Shown piece after piece: positions 54,908 to 64,000 of a stretch of 64,000 bases of DNA. The notes under the pieces are model-generated. The model searched no databases, had not been told where the DNA came from, and saw nothing but the letters and a program-made list of their open reading frames with translations. Position numbers and translations under genes: made by a program. The stretch comes from Terriglobales bacterium (GTDB lineage: Bacteria; Acidobacteriota; Terriglobia; Terriglobales; Acidobacteriaceae). Each line of letters begins with the position of its first letter. Positions within the stretch are counted from its first letter, which is position 1. The stretch covers positions 5,366 through 69,365 of the forward strand of contig DASPST010000104.1 of the NCBI GenBank assembly GCA_035623795.1, in the 5' to 3' direction.

Positions 54908-55303
54908 ATGCCGGACAATTACTTCGCCCGCTACCTGCCGTTACTCCTCCACGTGCTGGCGGCTGCGTTCGTGGCGATGGCGATTGTGGTCCTGTCCTGG
55001 GTGCTGGGCAAGCGCCGGCCAACGCGCGCCAAGTTGTCTCCCTATGAGTGCGGCATGGCTCCCGTCGGAGACGCCCGCGAGCGCTTCTCGGTGAAATTCT
55101 ACCTGGTCGCCATCCTGTTCATTCTGTTCGATGTAGAAGCGGTGTTCCTATATCCCTGGGCCGTGCTCCTGCGCGAGCTGAGGATGTTCGGGTTCTGGGA
55201 GATGCTGATCTACATCCTGATCGTGCTGGTGGGTTTCTTCTACATCTGGAAAAAGGGAGCGCTCGACTGGGCCAAGCCTTCTACCACACGAGGGCAGGTG
55301 TGA
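54908..55303 (+). CDS. nuoA: NADH-quinone oxidoreductase subunit A
   Basis: SPYECGM....A...F...FYLVAILFILFDVE..FLYPWA signature. Confidence 0.9.
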   Translation: MPDNYFARYLPLLLHVLAAAFVAMAIVVLSWVLGKRRPTRAKLSPYECGMAPVGDARERFSVKFYLVAILFILFDVEAVFLYPWAVLLRELRMFGFWEMLIYILIVLVGFFYIWKKGALDWAKPSTTRGQV

Positions 55304-55304
55304 A

Positions 55305-55802
55305 ATGCCGCCCGCTCCCCCCATCAGCGATCTGGACCAATTGAAGACTCATCCGGCTTTGGCCGCCCTCCTGGCCTGGAATGCAGCAGCCGTCGAAGGC
55401 GCAAAGTTCGATCGCGATGAGATGACCATCTACGTCGAACGGTCGTGCATCCGCGAGGCCTGTGCTCTGCTGCGCGAACATCCCGAGTTCGAGTTCAATT
55501 TCCTGTCGGACATCACCTGCGTGGACTGGACGCCGTCGGAACCGCGCTTCGAGGTTGTCTATCACCTGCTCTCGATGTCCAAGAAGGAACGGGTGCGGCT
55601 GAAAGTCAGACTGGACGGCGCCAGCCCGGTCTTGGAGTCGATCACTTCGGTATGGTCGGGCGCCAATTTTTTCGAACGTGAGATCTTTGACCTGTTCGGC
55701 GTCCGCTTCAGCGGCCATCCCTACCTGAGGCGCATCCTGATGCCCGAAGACTGGGAAGGCCATCCGCTGCGCAAGGACTATCCCGTGGAGGGCTACCGGT
55801 GA
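55305..55802 (+). CDS. nuoC: NADH-quinone oxidoreductase subunit C
   Basis: FNFLSDITCVDW, FEVVYHLLS, ANFFEREIFDLFG..F.GHP and LRKDYP signatures. It starts 1 nt after the nuoA stop. Confidence 0.9.
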   Translation: MPPAPPISDLDQLKTHPALAALLAWNAAAVEGAKFDRDEMTIYVERSCIREACALLREHPEFEFNFLSDITCVDWTPSEPRFEVVYHLLSMSKKERVRLKVRLDGASPVLESITSVWSGANFFEREIFDLFGVRFSGHPYLRRILMPEDWEGHPLRKDYPVEGYR

Positions 55803-57007
55803 TGGCGCACTTGACGCCCACGCCCGTGCTCGAGCCAGCCCAGGATCGCACCATGATCCTGAACATGGGGCCGCAACATCCCTCGACCCATGGCGTGCTG
55901 CGCGTGCTGCTGGAGATCGACGGCGAAACCGTGGTCCGCATCATGCCGGACATCGGTTACCTGCACACCGGGATCGAAAAGACCTGCGAAGCCAAGTTTT
56001 ACCAGCAGGTGGTGCCCCTCACCGACCGCATCGACTATCTCTGTCCCCTGACCAACAACCTTTGCTACGCGCTGGCGGTCGAGAAGCTGCTGGGGCTTGA
56101 GATTCCACCCAAGGCGCAGTGGCTGCGCGTCCTGCTTAACGAACTGACGCGAATCAACTCGCACCTGGTGTGGTTAGGAACGCACGCCTTGGACATCGGC
56201 GCCATGACCGTCTTCCTGTACTGCTTCCGCGAGCGGGAGGATGTTCTGCGCATGTTCGAGATGGTCAGCGGGCAGCGCATGATGACCTCCTACTTTCGCA
56301 TCGGCGGCATTGCGCTCGAGCCCCCGCTGGGGTTCTTCGATTTCGTCCGCAACTTTGCTGACCGCTTCCCCGCCAGGGTGGATGAGTACGAGAACCTGCT
56401 GACGGGAAATCCCATCTGGCGCATGCGCACCAAGGGAGTCGCAAAGATTTCTGCCGAGGATGCGCTTGCCCTGGGCGCAAGCGGCCCGACGCTGCGGGGC
56501 AGTGGGGTCGATTTCGACTTGCGACGCGACATGCCGTACACCGGCTACGAGAACTTCAAGTTCAATGTACCCGTCGGCCAGGAAGGCGACGTCTATGACC
56601 GGTACCTGATCCGGGTCCAGGAACTGCGCGAGTCGATCGGGATGGTGAAGCAGGCAGTGCAGGGAATGCCGGAGGGCCCAATCAAGGCCGACGCCCCGAA
56701 AGTGGTACTGCCGGACCGGGAAAAGATGAAAACCCAGATGGAGGCCCTCATCTACCACTTCAAGATCATCACCGAGGGTTTCTCGGTACCCGCGGGCGAA
56801 GTCTATCAAGGGGTGGAATCGCCGCGGGGCGAGATGGGCTACTACGTGGTCAGCGACGGGACGGCCAAGCCTTACCGCGTTCACATGCGGGCGGCATGCC
56901 TGGCTAACCTGCAAACACTGGCGAAAATGTGTGAAGGGCGCTTGATCGCCGACGTAGTGGCGGCGATTGGGTCGATCGATATCGTGCTGGGGGAGATCGA
57001 CCGGTAG
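55799..57007 (+). CDS. nuoD: NADH-quinone oxidoreductase subunit D
   Basis: NMGPQHPSTHGVLR, GYLHTGIEK and ESPRGE.G.Y signatures. Overlaps the nuoC stop. Confidence 0.95.
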   Translation: MMAHLTPTPVLEPAQDRTMILNMGPQHPSTHGVLRVLLEIDGETVVRIMPDIGYLHTGIEKTCEAKFYQQVVPLTDRIDYLCPLTNNLCYALAVEKLLGLEIPPKAQWLRVLLNELTRINSHLVWLGTHALDIGAMTVFLYCFREREDVLRMFEMVSGQRMMTSYFRIGGIALEPPLGFFDFVRNFADRFPARVDEYENLLTGNPIWRMRTKGVAKISAEDALALGASGPTLRGSGVDFDLRRDMPYTGYENFKFNVPVGQEGDVYDRYLIRVQELRESIGMVKQAVQGMPEGPIKADAPKVVLPDREKMKTQMEALIYHFKIITEGFSVPAGEVYQGVESPRGEMGYYVVSDGTAKPYRVHMRAACLANLQTLAKMCEGRLIADVVAAIGSIDIVLGEIDR

Positions 57008-57090
57008 GAATTGTGCGATCGCTTCAAGGAGCAGCGGCCGTTTGGTTGCACGGAGAGGGCGCGAGGCGCAGGGGTATTCCGTAGACGAGC

Positions 57091-57573
57091 ATGAAGTTCT
57101 CACCGGAATTCGAGCAGCGTTTCACCCAGATGCTGACCCACTACCCTACCCGGCGCTCGGTGTTGGTTCCGACCCTGCTCTATGCGCAGGATGAGTTCGG
57201 CTATTTGAGTGAGGAAGTCATTCAGGAACTGGCGCGACGGTTGGACTTGACCGAGCTCGAAGTGCGCAATGTGATCAGCTACTACTCTATGCTGACCCTC
57301 AAGCCGCGCGGCAAATATAATGTGCAGGTCTGCACCAACATCGCTTGCATGCTGCGCGGCGCGGACGAGTTATTCGCGCACTGCCAGCGCCGACTGGGCA
57401 TCGGCCACAAGCAAACGACCCCGGACGGATTGTTCACTCTGGAAGAAGTGGAGTGCATCGGCGCCTGCTGCTGGGCCCCGGCCATGCAGGTGAACTACGA
57501 CTTCCACGAAAACCTCACCACCGACAAACTCGACCAGGTGCTTGACGAGTACAGCAAGAAAGGAATGCAGTGA
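57091..57573 (+). CDS. nuoE: NADH-quinone oxidoreductase subunit E
   Basis: [2Fe-2S] motifs VCTNIACMLRG and ECIGACCWAPAM. Confidence 0.9.
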   Translation: MKFSPEFEQRFTQMLTHYPTRRSVLVPTLLYAQDEFGYLSEEVIQELARRLDLTELEVRNVISYYSMLTLKPRGKYNVQVCTNIACMLRGADELFAHCQRRLGIGHKQTTPDGLFTLEEVECIGACCWAPAMQVNYDFHENLTTDKLDQVLDEYSKKGMQ

Positions 57574-57595
57574 GGGGATTCTGCAATTTTGCAAT

Positions 57596-57684
57596 CGGGT
57601 AATTTCGTAGTCGGAAATTGGCCGCATGTCATACGCGGAGGTCGCTCGGAAATCGCACAGGTAGCCGACCACAAAATTTACCCG
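57596..57684 (+). other. long imperfect stem-loop inside the 126-nt nuoE-nuoF spacer
   Basis: CGGGTAATTTCGTAGTCGG (57596-57614) pairs with CCGACCACAAAATTTACCCG (57665-57684). By hand, 16 of 19 positions pair, with one bulge. TCGGAAAT is repeated inside. Confidence 0.4.
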
Positions 57685-57699
57685 ATCCTCCTTTACTAA

Positions 57700-59019
57700 A
57701 TGGCAACCTTGGTTTCCCATCCCGATGAGGTGAGGGTCGTTTCCAAGCGCTTCGGCAAGGGAGCGACCTCGATCGATCGCTACCTCGAACTGGACGGCTA
57801 CAAGGCCGTGCAGAAGGCGCTTTCCATGCCGCCGGACGCGATCATCAACGAGGTAAAGAGTTCCAACCTGCGTGGCCGCGGCGGGGCAGGTTTTTCGACT
57901 GGGATGAAGTGGTCGTTCGTGCCCAAACAATCGGCCAAGCCCAAGTATGTTCTGTGTAACGGAGATGAGAGTGAACCCGGCACCTGCAAAGACCGCCTGA
58001 TCTTCGAACACGACCCACACGCGGTGATCGAAGGCGTGACGATTGCCGCGATCGCCGTCGGCGCGCACACCGGATACATCTACATCCGCGGCGAGTACCG
58101 CTACCTGTCGGTGATCATGCAGAAGGCAATCCAGGAAGCATATGCGCGCGGCTTTCTGGGGAAGAACATTTTGGGCAGCGGGTATGACCTAGACATCCAC
58201 TGGCACGGCGGCGCGGGCGCTTACGAGGTGGGCGAAGAGTCGGCGCTCATGGAATCGCTAGAAGGCAAGCGCGGCATCCCGCGGATCCGACCGCCCTTCC
58301 CTGCCGTAGTCGGCCTGTGGGGCGGGCCGACGGTCATCAACAACGCCGAAACCCTGGCCAGCGTCCCCCACATCCTTCTTGGGGGCGGGGAATGGTTCGC
58401 CAACCTGGGTACGCCCAAGAACGGGGGGACGCGCCTGTTTTGCCTGAGCGGCAACCTGGCAAGGCCCGGCGTCTACGAGTTGCCCATGGGCTACAACCTG
58501 AAAAAGATGATCTACGACGTCGCCGGCGGGATGGCAAACGGAGGCGAGTTGAAGGCGGTTGTTCCCGGTGGATCCTCGGTGCCGGTGCTCCTGCCTTCGG
58601 AGATCGATATCGCCATGGACTTCGACGCAGTCGCCAAGGCGGGTTCGCTGCTGGGCTCCGGGGGGGTGGTCGTTCTCGATGATGCAACCTGCATGGTGAA
58701 GTTCGCACTGCGTACCATGAAGTTCTACCAGCACGAGAGTTGTGGCTGGTGTATCCCTTGCCGCGAAGGCACGGACTGGCTGAAAAAGACGCTACTGCGT
58801 TTCCATGCCGGAGGCGGGTTGAAGGCGGACATCGACAACATGCTGTATCTCGCCGAGAACATGCTGGGCCGGACATTTTGTCCGCTGGGCGATGCTGCCG
58901 CCATGCCCATGATCGGCTTCGTGCAGAAATTCCGCAAAGAGTTCGAGGATCACCTGGAAGGCAGGCCGTGCCCGTACGAAACGCGAGGGGTGGTGGAGAA
59001 ACTTCCGGTGATGGCTTAA
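57700..59019 (+). CDS. nuoF: NADH-quinone oxidoreductase subunit F
   Basis: GRGGAGFSTG.KW, CNGDESEPGT and ESCGWCIPCREG signatures. Confidence 0.95.
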   Translation: MATLVSHPDEVRVVSKRFGKGATSIDRYLELDGYKAVQKALSMPPDAIINEVKSSNLRGRGGAGFSTGMKWSFVPKQSAKPKYVLCNGDESEPGTCKDRLIFEHDPHAVIEGVTIAAIAVGAHTGYIYIRGEYRYLSVIMQKAIQEAYARGFLGKNILGSGYDLDIHWHGGAGAYEVGEESALMESLEGKRGIPRIRPPFPAVVGLWGGPTVINNAETLASVPHILLGGGEWFANLGTPKNGGTRLFCLSGNLARPGVYELPMGYNLKKMIYDVAGGMANGGELKAVVPGGSSVPVLLPSEIDIAMDFDAVAKAGSLLGSGGVVVLDDATCMVKFALRTMKFYQHESCGWCIPCREGTDWLKKTLLRFHAGGGLKADIDNMLYLAENMLGRTFCPLGDAAAMPMIGFVQKFRKEFEDHLEGRPCPYETRGVVEKLPVMA

Positions 59020-59062
59020 GCAGATTTTGTGATTTCCCATTGCGCACTTACCGAATTTTGAC

Positions 59063-61426
59063 ATGGCTGATGTCACTCTGACGGTCGATGGCAACAAGAT
59101 TACGGCGCCTGCGGGGACGCTGTTGATCGAAGTCTGCAAGAGTGTGGGCATCGAAGTGCCCTCGTTCTGCTACTACCCCAATTTGTCGCTGCAGGGCGCC
59201 TGTCGGATGTGCCTGGTGAAGATCGAAAGGATGCCCAAGTTGCAGACGGCGTGTACCACGGTGGTCAGCGAGGGCATGATCGTCACCACGGACAGCGACG
59301 AAGTGCGCCAAGCGCGCAAGGCGATGGTCGAACTGCTACTGGGAAATCATCCGCTGGACTGCCCGGTCTGCGATGCCGGAGGGGAGTGCGAACTGCAGGA
59401 CATGACCTTCTCCTACGGTGCGGCCGAGTCGCGCTACATGGAGGCAAAGAATCACAAGGACGAACAGCAGTGGTCTCCGGTGGTGTTCTTCGACCGCCCG
59501 CGCTGCATTCTCTGCTACCGCTGCGTTCGCGTCTGCGGCGAGGGCATGGACGTCTGGGCGCTGGGCGTGCAGAACCGCGGTGTGTCCTCCATCATCGCAC
59601 CCAACCGGGAAGATCACCTGGAGTGCGAGGAATGCGGGATGTGCATCGATATCTGCCCGGTTGGAGCGCTGACGTCTGGCGCATACCGGTACAAAACGCG
59701 TCCCTGGGAGATGAAGCACGTGGGTACCATCTGCACCCACTGCGGCGATGGTTGCAAGACGACCCTGGGGGTCCGCCGGGCGGATACCGGAATGCAGATC
59801 GTGCGCGGCGACAATCGCGACAAGAGCGGCATCAACCATGACTTCCTTTGCGTGAAGGGGCGGTACGCATTCGATTTTGCCGAAAATCCCGACCGCATCA
59901 CCACACCCCTGATTCGGAAAAACGGCAAGCTCGCGTCGGTAACCTGGGAAGAGGCTTTCGAACTAATCGGGAGACGCTTCGCTGAGGTTCGTAACCACGA
60001 CGGCGGACACGCCATTGGGGTTATCGGATCCACCCGCACCACCAACGAGGAGAACTACCTGTTGTCGAAATTTGCCCGGGTAGTTCTCAAAACCAACAAC
60101 CTGGACCACCTCCGAACCGCCGACTTCCCTGCCCTGGCGGCGGCGCTCCGCGGAAAGCTAGGACGGACCGCCAGCATGCGTGAGGTTTACGACGCGCCGG
60201 CCATCCTCGTCATCGGAAACAATCCCACGGACCAGCATCCGCTCCTGGCGTGGCAGATCCGCAACAACGTCCGGTTGCACCGGTCGCGCTTGTACGTGAT
60301 CAACTCCCAACACATCAAGTTGGGTCGCCAGGCTACGGGTTTCATGCCGATTCCGGCCGGGGCCGACAGTAAGGCCGTTGCCTTTCTGGCAGGCGACGAA
60401 TCCGCTGCCCACACCCTCATCGCCCGGGGCGCGACGCGCGAGGGCTGGACTGCTTTGCGCGACCAGCTTTGCCGAGAGCCGAAGCTCATTCTCATCTTCG
60501 GCTCAGAAATTCGCGGAAATGACGTCAGCACCCTGGTGAGATTTGGATCCGACATTCCGGGCGCAAAGTTCGTCGCGCTGGCGGACTACGCAAACTCACG
60601 CGGCGCCGCCGACATGGGGCTGTATCCCGATCTTCTGCCCGGCTATCAACAGGTTAGCGAGCCCGGCCAATTCGGGGAAGAGTGGGGCGAAATCCCGGCG
60701 ACGCCTGGTCTGACCATCCCCCAGATGGCGGAGGCCGCCCGGGCAAACAAGCTGAAGGCCCTCTACGTCGTGGGCTCAAACCCGGTCGCCCGCTTCGCCA
60801 TCGACCCCTTCACGTTCGCGAAGAGCTTCGTGGTCGTTCAAGACATGTTCCTGACCGAAACCGCTGTTCTGGCGGACGTGGTTCTTCCTTCCAGCAACGC
60901 CTACGAGAAGGCTGGAACCTTCACCAACACCTGCGGCGATCTCCAACTGGTGAAGAAAGCCGGCGACGTGACCGGCACCAAAAGTGATTTCGAAATGATC
61001 GTCCGCATCGCGGATGCCATGGGGTCTGATGTCCACCAGCTGGTTCCGTTCGGCGGCGCTGTGCGCGCTGACATGGGCCAGTCGCGCGGAGCGCAGTCCG
61101 GCGAGGCCGACCGCCACGCGGTCTGGTTGGAAGCCCGCGGCCTCGAACCTAAAATGAGCCCGTTCGACCCGGTGGCCATTCTGGACGAAATCCAGCGGCT
61201 TGTTCCGGGATACGACGTTTCTCGCATGAACTTGCTGGCGGGCAACGATCAGCACACTTCGTTGTCCGGAAGTGGAGGCGGAGGGCAGCACAACCCTGAG
61301 CTCATCATGCCAGCCAACGACACCCTATTCACCTCCGGCACCCTGGGCCAATATTCGAGGGCCTTGAATTCCGTAATCGAGAATCGTGATCGCGAGCCGG
61401 CAACGCCGGAAGTCGCGGCGGACTAG
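59063..61426 (+). CDS. nuoG: NADH-quinone oxidoreductase subunit G
   Basis: N-terminal 2Fe-2S and 4Fe-4S motifs (CYYPNLSLQGACRMC, HPLDCPVCDAGGEC, CILCYRCVRVC, CGMCIDICPVGAL) followed by a molybdopterin-like domain. Confidence 0.95.
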   Translation: MADVTLTVDGNKITAPAGTLLIEVCKSVGIEVPSFCYYPNLSLQGACRMCLVKIERMPKLQTACTTVVSEGMIVTTDSDEVRQARKAMVELLLGNHPLDCPVCDAGGECELQDMTFSYGAAESRYMEAKNHKDEQQWSPVVFFDRPRCILCYRCVRVCGEGMDVWALGVQNRGVSSIIAPNREDHLECEECGMCIDICPVGALTSGAYRYKTRPWEMKHVGTICTHCGDGCKTTLGVRRADTGMQIVRGDNRDKSGINHDFLCVKGRYAFDFAENPDRITTPLIRKNGKLASVTWEEAFELIGRRFAEVRNHDGGHAIGVIGSTRTTNEENYLLSKFARVVLKTNNLDHLRTADFPALAAALRGKLGRTASMREVYDAPAILVIGNNPTDQHPLLAWQIRNNVRLHRSRLYVINSQHIKLGRQATGFMPIPAGADSKAVAFLAGDESAAHTLIARGATREGWTALRDQLCREPKLILIFGSEIRGNDVSTLVRFGSDIPGAKFVALADYANSRGAADMGLYPDLLPGYQQVSEPGQFGEEWGEIPATPGLTIPQMAEAARANKLKALYVVGSNPVARFAIDPFTFAKSFVVVQDMFLTETAVLADVVLPSSNAYEKAGTFTNTCGDLQLVKKAGDVTGTKSDFEMIVRIADAMGSDVHQLVPFGGAVRADMGQSRGAQSGEADRHAVWLEARGLEPKMSPFDPVAILDEIQRLVPGYDVSRMNLLAGNDQHTSLSGSGGGGQHNPELIMPANDTLFTSGTLGQYSRALNSVIENRDREPATPEVAAD

Positions 61427-61447
61427 GCGTATTCACCGCCGAGCAGG

Positions 61448-62524
61448 TTGCACCAGCAGTCGCTGTTACAGGACACGCCCTTGCTGAGTACCGAAGTTTT
61501 CATTGTCGCCTCTCTGGTCAAGATCGTAATCGCGATCTTGGTGTTGCTCACCGCGGTCGCCTACAGCGTGTGGCTCGAACGCAAAGTCGTGGGCCACATC
61601 CAGAATCGCTGGGGGCCGACACGAGTCGGGCCGTTCGGACTGTTGCAACCCCTGGCGGACGGCATCAAGTTCATCGTGAAAGAGGACCTGACTCCACCGC
61701 ACGTTTACAAACCGTTGTTCATCGCGGCCCCGATGATCGCTGTAACCTGCGCACTGACCTCGATTTCAGTGATCCCCATCGGGAACTGGATCACGGTGTT
61801 CGGCTACCACATACCTTTGCAGATCACCGACGTCAACACCGGGCTGCTCGTGGTCCTGGGGGTAACCTCGATCGGGGTGTACGGGGTCGCGCTGGCAGGC
61901 TGGTCCTCGAATAACAAGTATTCCCTGCTGGGCGGGCTGCGCGCCAGCGCGCAGATGGTCAGCTACGAAATCGCACTCGGACTCTCCCTGGTGGGCGTGC
62001 TGATCCTCTCCGGAAGCTTCAGCTTGCGCGACATCGTCAACGCACAGGCGGGAACCTTTTGGGGGTTCATTCCCAGGTGGAACGTCTTCTACGGTTGCCA
62101 GTTCTTCGCCTTCTTTATCTATCTGATGGCGGCCTATGCGGAGACCAATCGCATTCCCTTCGACCTGCCCGAGGCGGAAACGGAACTGGTCGCCGGCTAT
62201 CACACCGAGTACAGCGCCATGAAGTTTGCCATGTTCTTCATGGCGGAGTACGCCAACATGATCACGGTGGCCTGCCTGGCCACGCTGCTGTTCCTGGGAG
62301 GGTGGCGCGGGCCCGTATTCGGGCCGCCGCTGCTGCAGGCTCTTCTGCCCGTGTTCTGGTTCGTGGCCAAGGTTTTCGTCTTCATGTTCATTTACATCTG
62401 GGTGCGCGGCACGCTGCCGCGTTTCCGATATGACCAGCTCATGGCCTTCGGATGGAAGTTCCTGCTTCCGCTCGCCATAGCCAACCTTCTGATTACGGGG
62501 TTCATCGTGGCTTACCGGTCCTAG
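61448..62524 (+). CDS. nuoH: NADH-quinone oxidoreductase subunit H
   Basis: ERKV.GHIQNRWGP.RVGPFGLLQPLADG.K and FDLPEAE.ELVAGYHTEYS signatures. The start is uncertain. Confidence 0.9.
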   Translation: MHQQSLLQDTPLLSTEVFIVASLVKIVIAILVLLTAVAYSVWLERKVVGHIQNRWGPTRVGPFGLLQPLADGIKFIVKEDLTPPHVYKPLFIAAPMIAVTCALTSISVIPIGNWITVFGYHIPLQITDVNTGLLVVLGVTSIGVYGVALAGWSSNNKYSLLGGLRASAQMVSYEIALGLSLVGVLILSGSFSLRDIVNAQAGTFWGFIPRWNVFYGCQFFAFFIYLMAAYAETNRIPFDLPEAETELVAGYHTEYSAMKFAMFFMAEYANMITVACLATLLFLGGWRGPVFGPPLLQALLPVFWFVAKVFVFMFIYIWVRGTLPRFRYDQLMAFGWKFLLPLAIANLLITGFIVAYRS

Positions 62525-62527
62525 CCA

Positions 62528-63049
62528 ATGTTGCACCTGATCTTGTTCCTGATTTTCGGCTCGATCTGCGTGGCGGGAGCAGTGAATCTTCTGGTCCAAC
62601 GCCACCCCATCAGCAGCGCCTTGTCGCTGGTGGTGGTCATGGCATCGCTCGCGGTGGAGTACCTGCTGCTCGGGGCCGAATTCGTGGCGGCGGTGCAGGT
62701 CATCATCTATGCGGGCGCGGTCATGGTGCTGTTCGTATTCGTCATCATGCTGCTCAATGCCGGCGCGGAAGAGCGCACCCAAGGCAGCCGAGTGGCGCTC
62801 CTTTTGGGGGTTCCCGGGGTGCTGGTGGGCGGGGTGCTGGTGGCTTGGGTATTGTTGCGGCAATCGGGAACGCAGCCCGTGGCGCTGGGAGCGCTCCCCG
62901 GCTATCCCAAGATCATCGGCAACCTCATCTTCCACGATTTTCTGCTGCCCTTTGAAGTGACGTCGATCCTGATCCTGATCGCCATCATGGGTGCGGTGGT
63001 GCTGGCCGGCCAGCCGGCGACGCAATCGCAGCCAGGAGAGGAACGCTGA
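62528..63049 (+). CDS. nuoJ: NADH-quinone oxidoreductase subunit J
   Basis: [27 protein letters not shown] signature. It starts 3 nt after the nuoH stop. Confidence 0.9.
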   Translation: MLHLILFLIFGSICVAGAVNLLVQRHPISSALSLVVVMASLAVEYLLLGAEFVAAVQVIIYAGAVMVLFVFVIMLLNAGAEERTQGSRVALLLGVPGVLVGGVLVAWVLLRQSGTQPVALGALPGYPKIIGNLIFHDFLLPFEVTSILILIAIMGAVVLAGQPATQSQPGEER

Positions 63050-63351
63050 TGGTTCCGCTGTCTTATTACCTGGTGCTGAGCGGGATCCTGTTCGCCTGCG
63101 GAGTGATCGGCTTCCTGATCAAGCGAAACATCATTACCATTTTCATGTCGATCGAACTCATGCTGAATGGGGTGAATCTGTCGTTTGTGGCATTTGCCGC
63201 GCACTGGCAGCGCCTGAGCGGCCAGATCTTTGTCTTTTTCGTGATGGTGGTGGCGGCGGCCGAAGCGGCGGTCGGACTGGGAATAATCATTGCCGTCTTC
63301 CGCACGCGCGAGACCTTGAACGTGGACCAAGTGAACCTGCTGAAACTATGA
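63049..63351 (+). CDS. nuoK: NADH-quinone oxidoreductase subunit K
   Basis: 100 aa with [11 protein letters not shown] and [11 protein letters not shown] motifs. Confidence 0.9.
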   Translation: MVPLSYYLVLSGILFACGVIGFLIKRNIITIFMSIELMLNGVNLSFVAFAAHWQRLSGQIFVFFVMVVAAAEAAVGLGIIIAVFRTRETLNVDQVNLLKL

Positions 63352-64000
63352 CGCCCTCCCTTCATCTCTGGCTGATCGCGGTGCTGCCGCTGATCGGGGC
63401 GGCGATCAACGGCCTGCTCGGCCGCCGGTTTTCACGGCAGACCGTGGCTGCGATCGCGCTGGGGTTCTGCGGGGCAACGTTTGTCTGGGTGCTGTTCGTG
63501 GCGGCCCGGTTCAGCTCACTGGAAATTCCGCATGTCGAAATCGTCGCACCCTGGATCCGCTCCGGCGGTTTCCTGGTGAACTTCGAGATGTATCTTGACC
63601 AACTCACGCTGGTGATGGCGTTGGTGGTCACGGGTGTCGGCTTTCTGATCCACATCTACTCCATCGGTTACATGTGGGAGGAGGGCGGCTTCTACCGGTT
63701 CTTCAGTTACCTGAACCTGTTCATGTTCTTCATGCTCACGCTGGTGCTGGCGGGCAACTACCTGCAGATGTTCATCGGCTGGGAGGGCGTGGGTCTGGCT
63801 TCCTACCTGTTGATCGGATTCTGGTTTACGAAAGACGCAGCGGCGGCAGCCGGCAAGAAGGCATTCATCGTCAACCGCATCGGCGACTTCGGCTTTCTCA
63901 TCGCGCTGTTCCTGATGATCAAGCACTTCGGGTCGCTCGATTTCCTGCAAGTGTTCGGTAGGGTGGAGAGTGGCCTCGAGCAGGGAACGGTGAGCGTGGG
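63348..64000 (+). CDS. nuoL: NADH-quinone oxidoreductase subunit L (5' part, runs off window)
   Basis: An ATGA overlap with the nuoK stop. I translated [25 protein letters not shown]...YSIGYM...[18 protein letters not shown] with no stop to base 64000. It is absent from the ORF track because it has no in-window stop. Confidence 0.9.
   Translation, partial: MTPSLHLWLIAVLPLIGAAINGLLGRRFSRQTVAAIALGFCGATFVWVLFVAARFSSLEIPHVEIVAPWIRSGGFLVNFEMYLDQLTLVMALVVTGVGFLIHIYSIGYMWEEGGFYRFFSYLNLFMFFMLTLVLAGNYLQMFIGWEGVGLASYLLIGFWFTKDAAAAAGKKAFIVNRIGDFGFLIALFLMIKHFGSLDFLQVFGRVESGLEQGTVSV

Noticed and set aside
56174-57103. 309-aa minus-strand ORF
   Set aside because: It is antisense shadow of nuoD.
61766-63025. 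419-aa minus-strand ORF
   Set aside because: It is antisense shadow of nuoH and nuoJ, with a His/Gln/Asp/Arg-rich low-complexity translation.
1-64000. Scanned for CRISPR arrays, rRNA genes, intact IS elements or transposases, toxin-antitoxin pairs and known defence-system signatures
   Set aside because: I saw no regularly spaced direct repeats, no rRNA-like conserved stretches, no transposase-like ORFs with terminal inverted repeats, and no recognisable nuclease, ATPase or methylase defence genes.

Overview
This 64-kb window comes from a high-GC bacterial chromosome. The gene content resembles Acidobacteriota, but that is inference only because no search was possible. Most of it is ordinary core metabolism. 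It includes TCA-cycle genes (sdhCAB, icd-mdh), nitrogen assimilation (glnA, glnE, a divergent LysR regulator) and a four-gene arginine-to-polyamine cluster (pdaD, a deoxyhypusine-synthase-like gene, aguB, aguA). It also holds metH, msrA, dxs, ribBA, tadA, tRNA-Ser(CGA), two cyclophilins, several envelope or glycosyltransferase-like membrane proteins, and a respiratory complex I operon running off the right edge (nuoA, C, D, E, F, G, H, J, K, L). Because of the GC content there are many long antisense shadow ORFs, which I rejected. Six things stand out. (1) A two-gene module, a roughly 55-90 aa coiled-coil protein with an acidic tail followed by a REC-PilZ-PilZ protein, occurs twice: 226-1668 on the plus strand and 48603-49969 on the minus strand. 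Both copies sit behind matching promoter-like boxes, and a third orphan small ORF lies at 7609-7785. (2) A decayed integrative element of about 3.8 kb (about 5490-9292) lies between rdgB and sdhC. It is flanked by att-like direct repeats and carries an integrase fragment, an ATP-dependent DNA ligase fragment, two tandem paralogous secreted proteins of unknown function (one frameshifted) and about 1.2 kb without convincing coding. (3) The nuo operon lacks nuoB and nuoI at their canonical positions, while two stand-alone nuoI paralogs sit elsewhere in the window. (4) A ThiS-like sulfur carrier carries an 11-residue extension after its Gly-Gly end. (5) A MerR and zinc-ribbon gene pair has a double-palindrome operator. 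(6) The GTP cyclohydrolase II half of RibBA has lost its signature motif. I found no CRISPR array, rRNA, or recognisable riboswitch or defence system.
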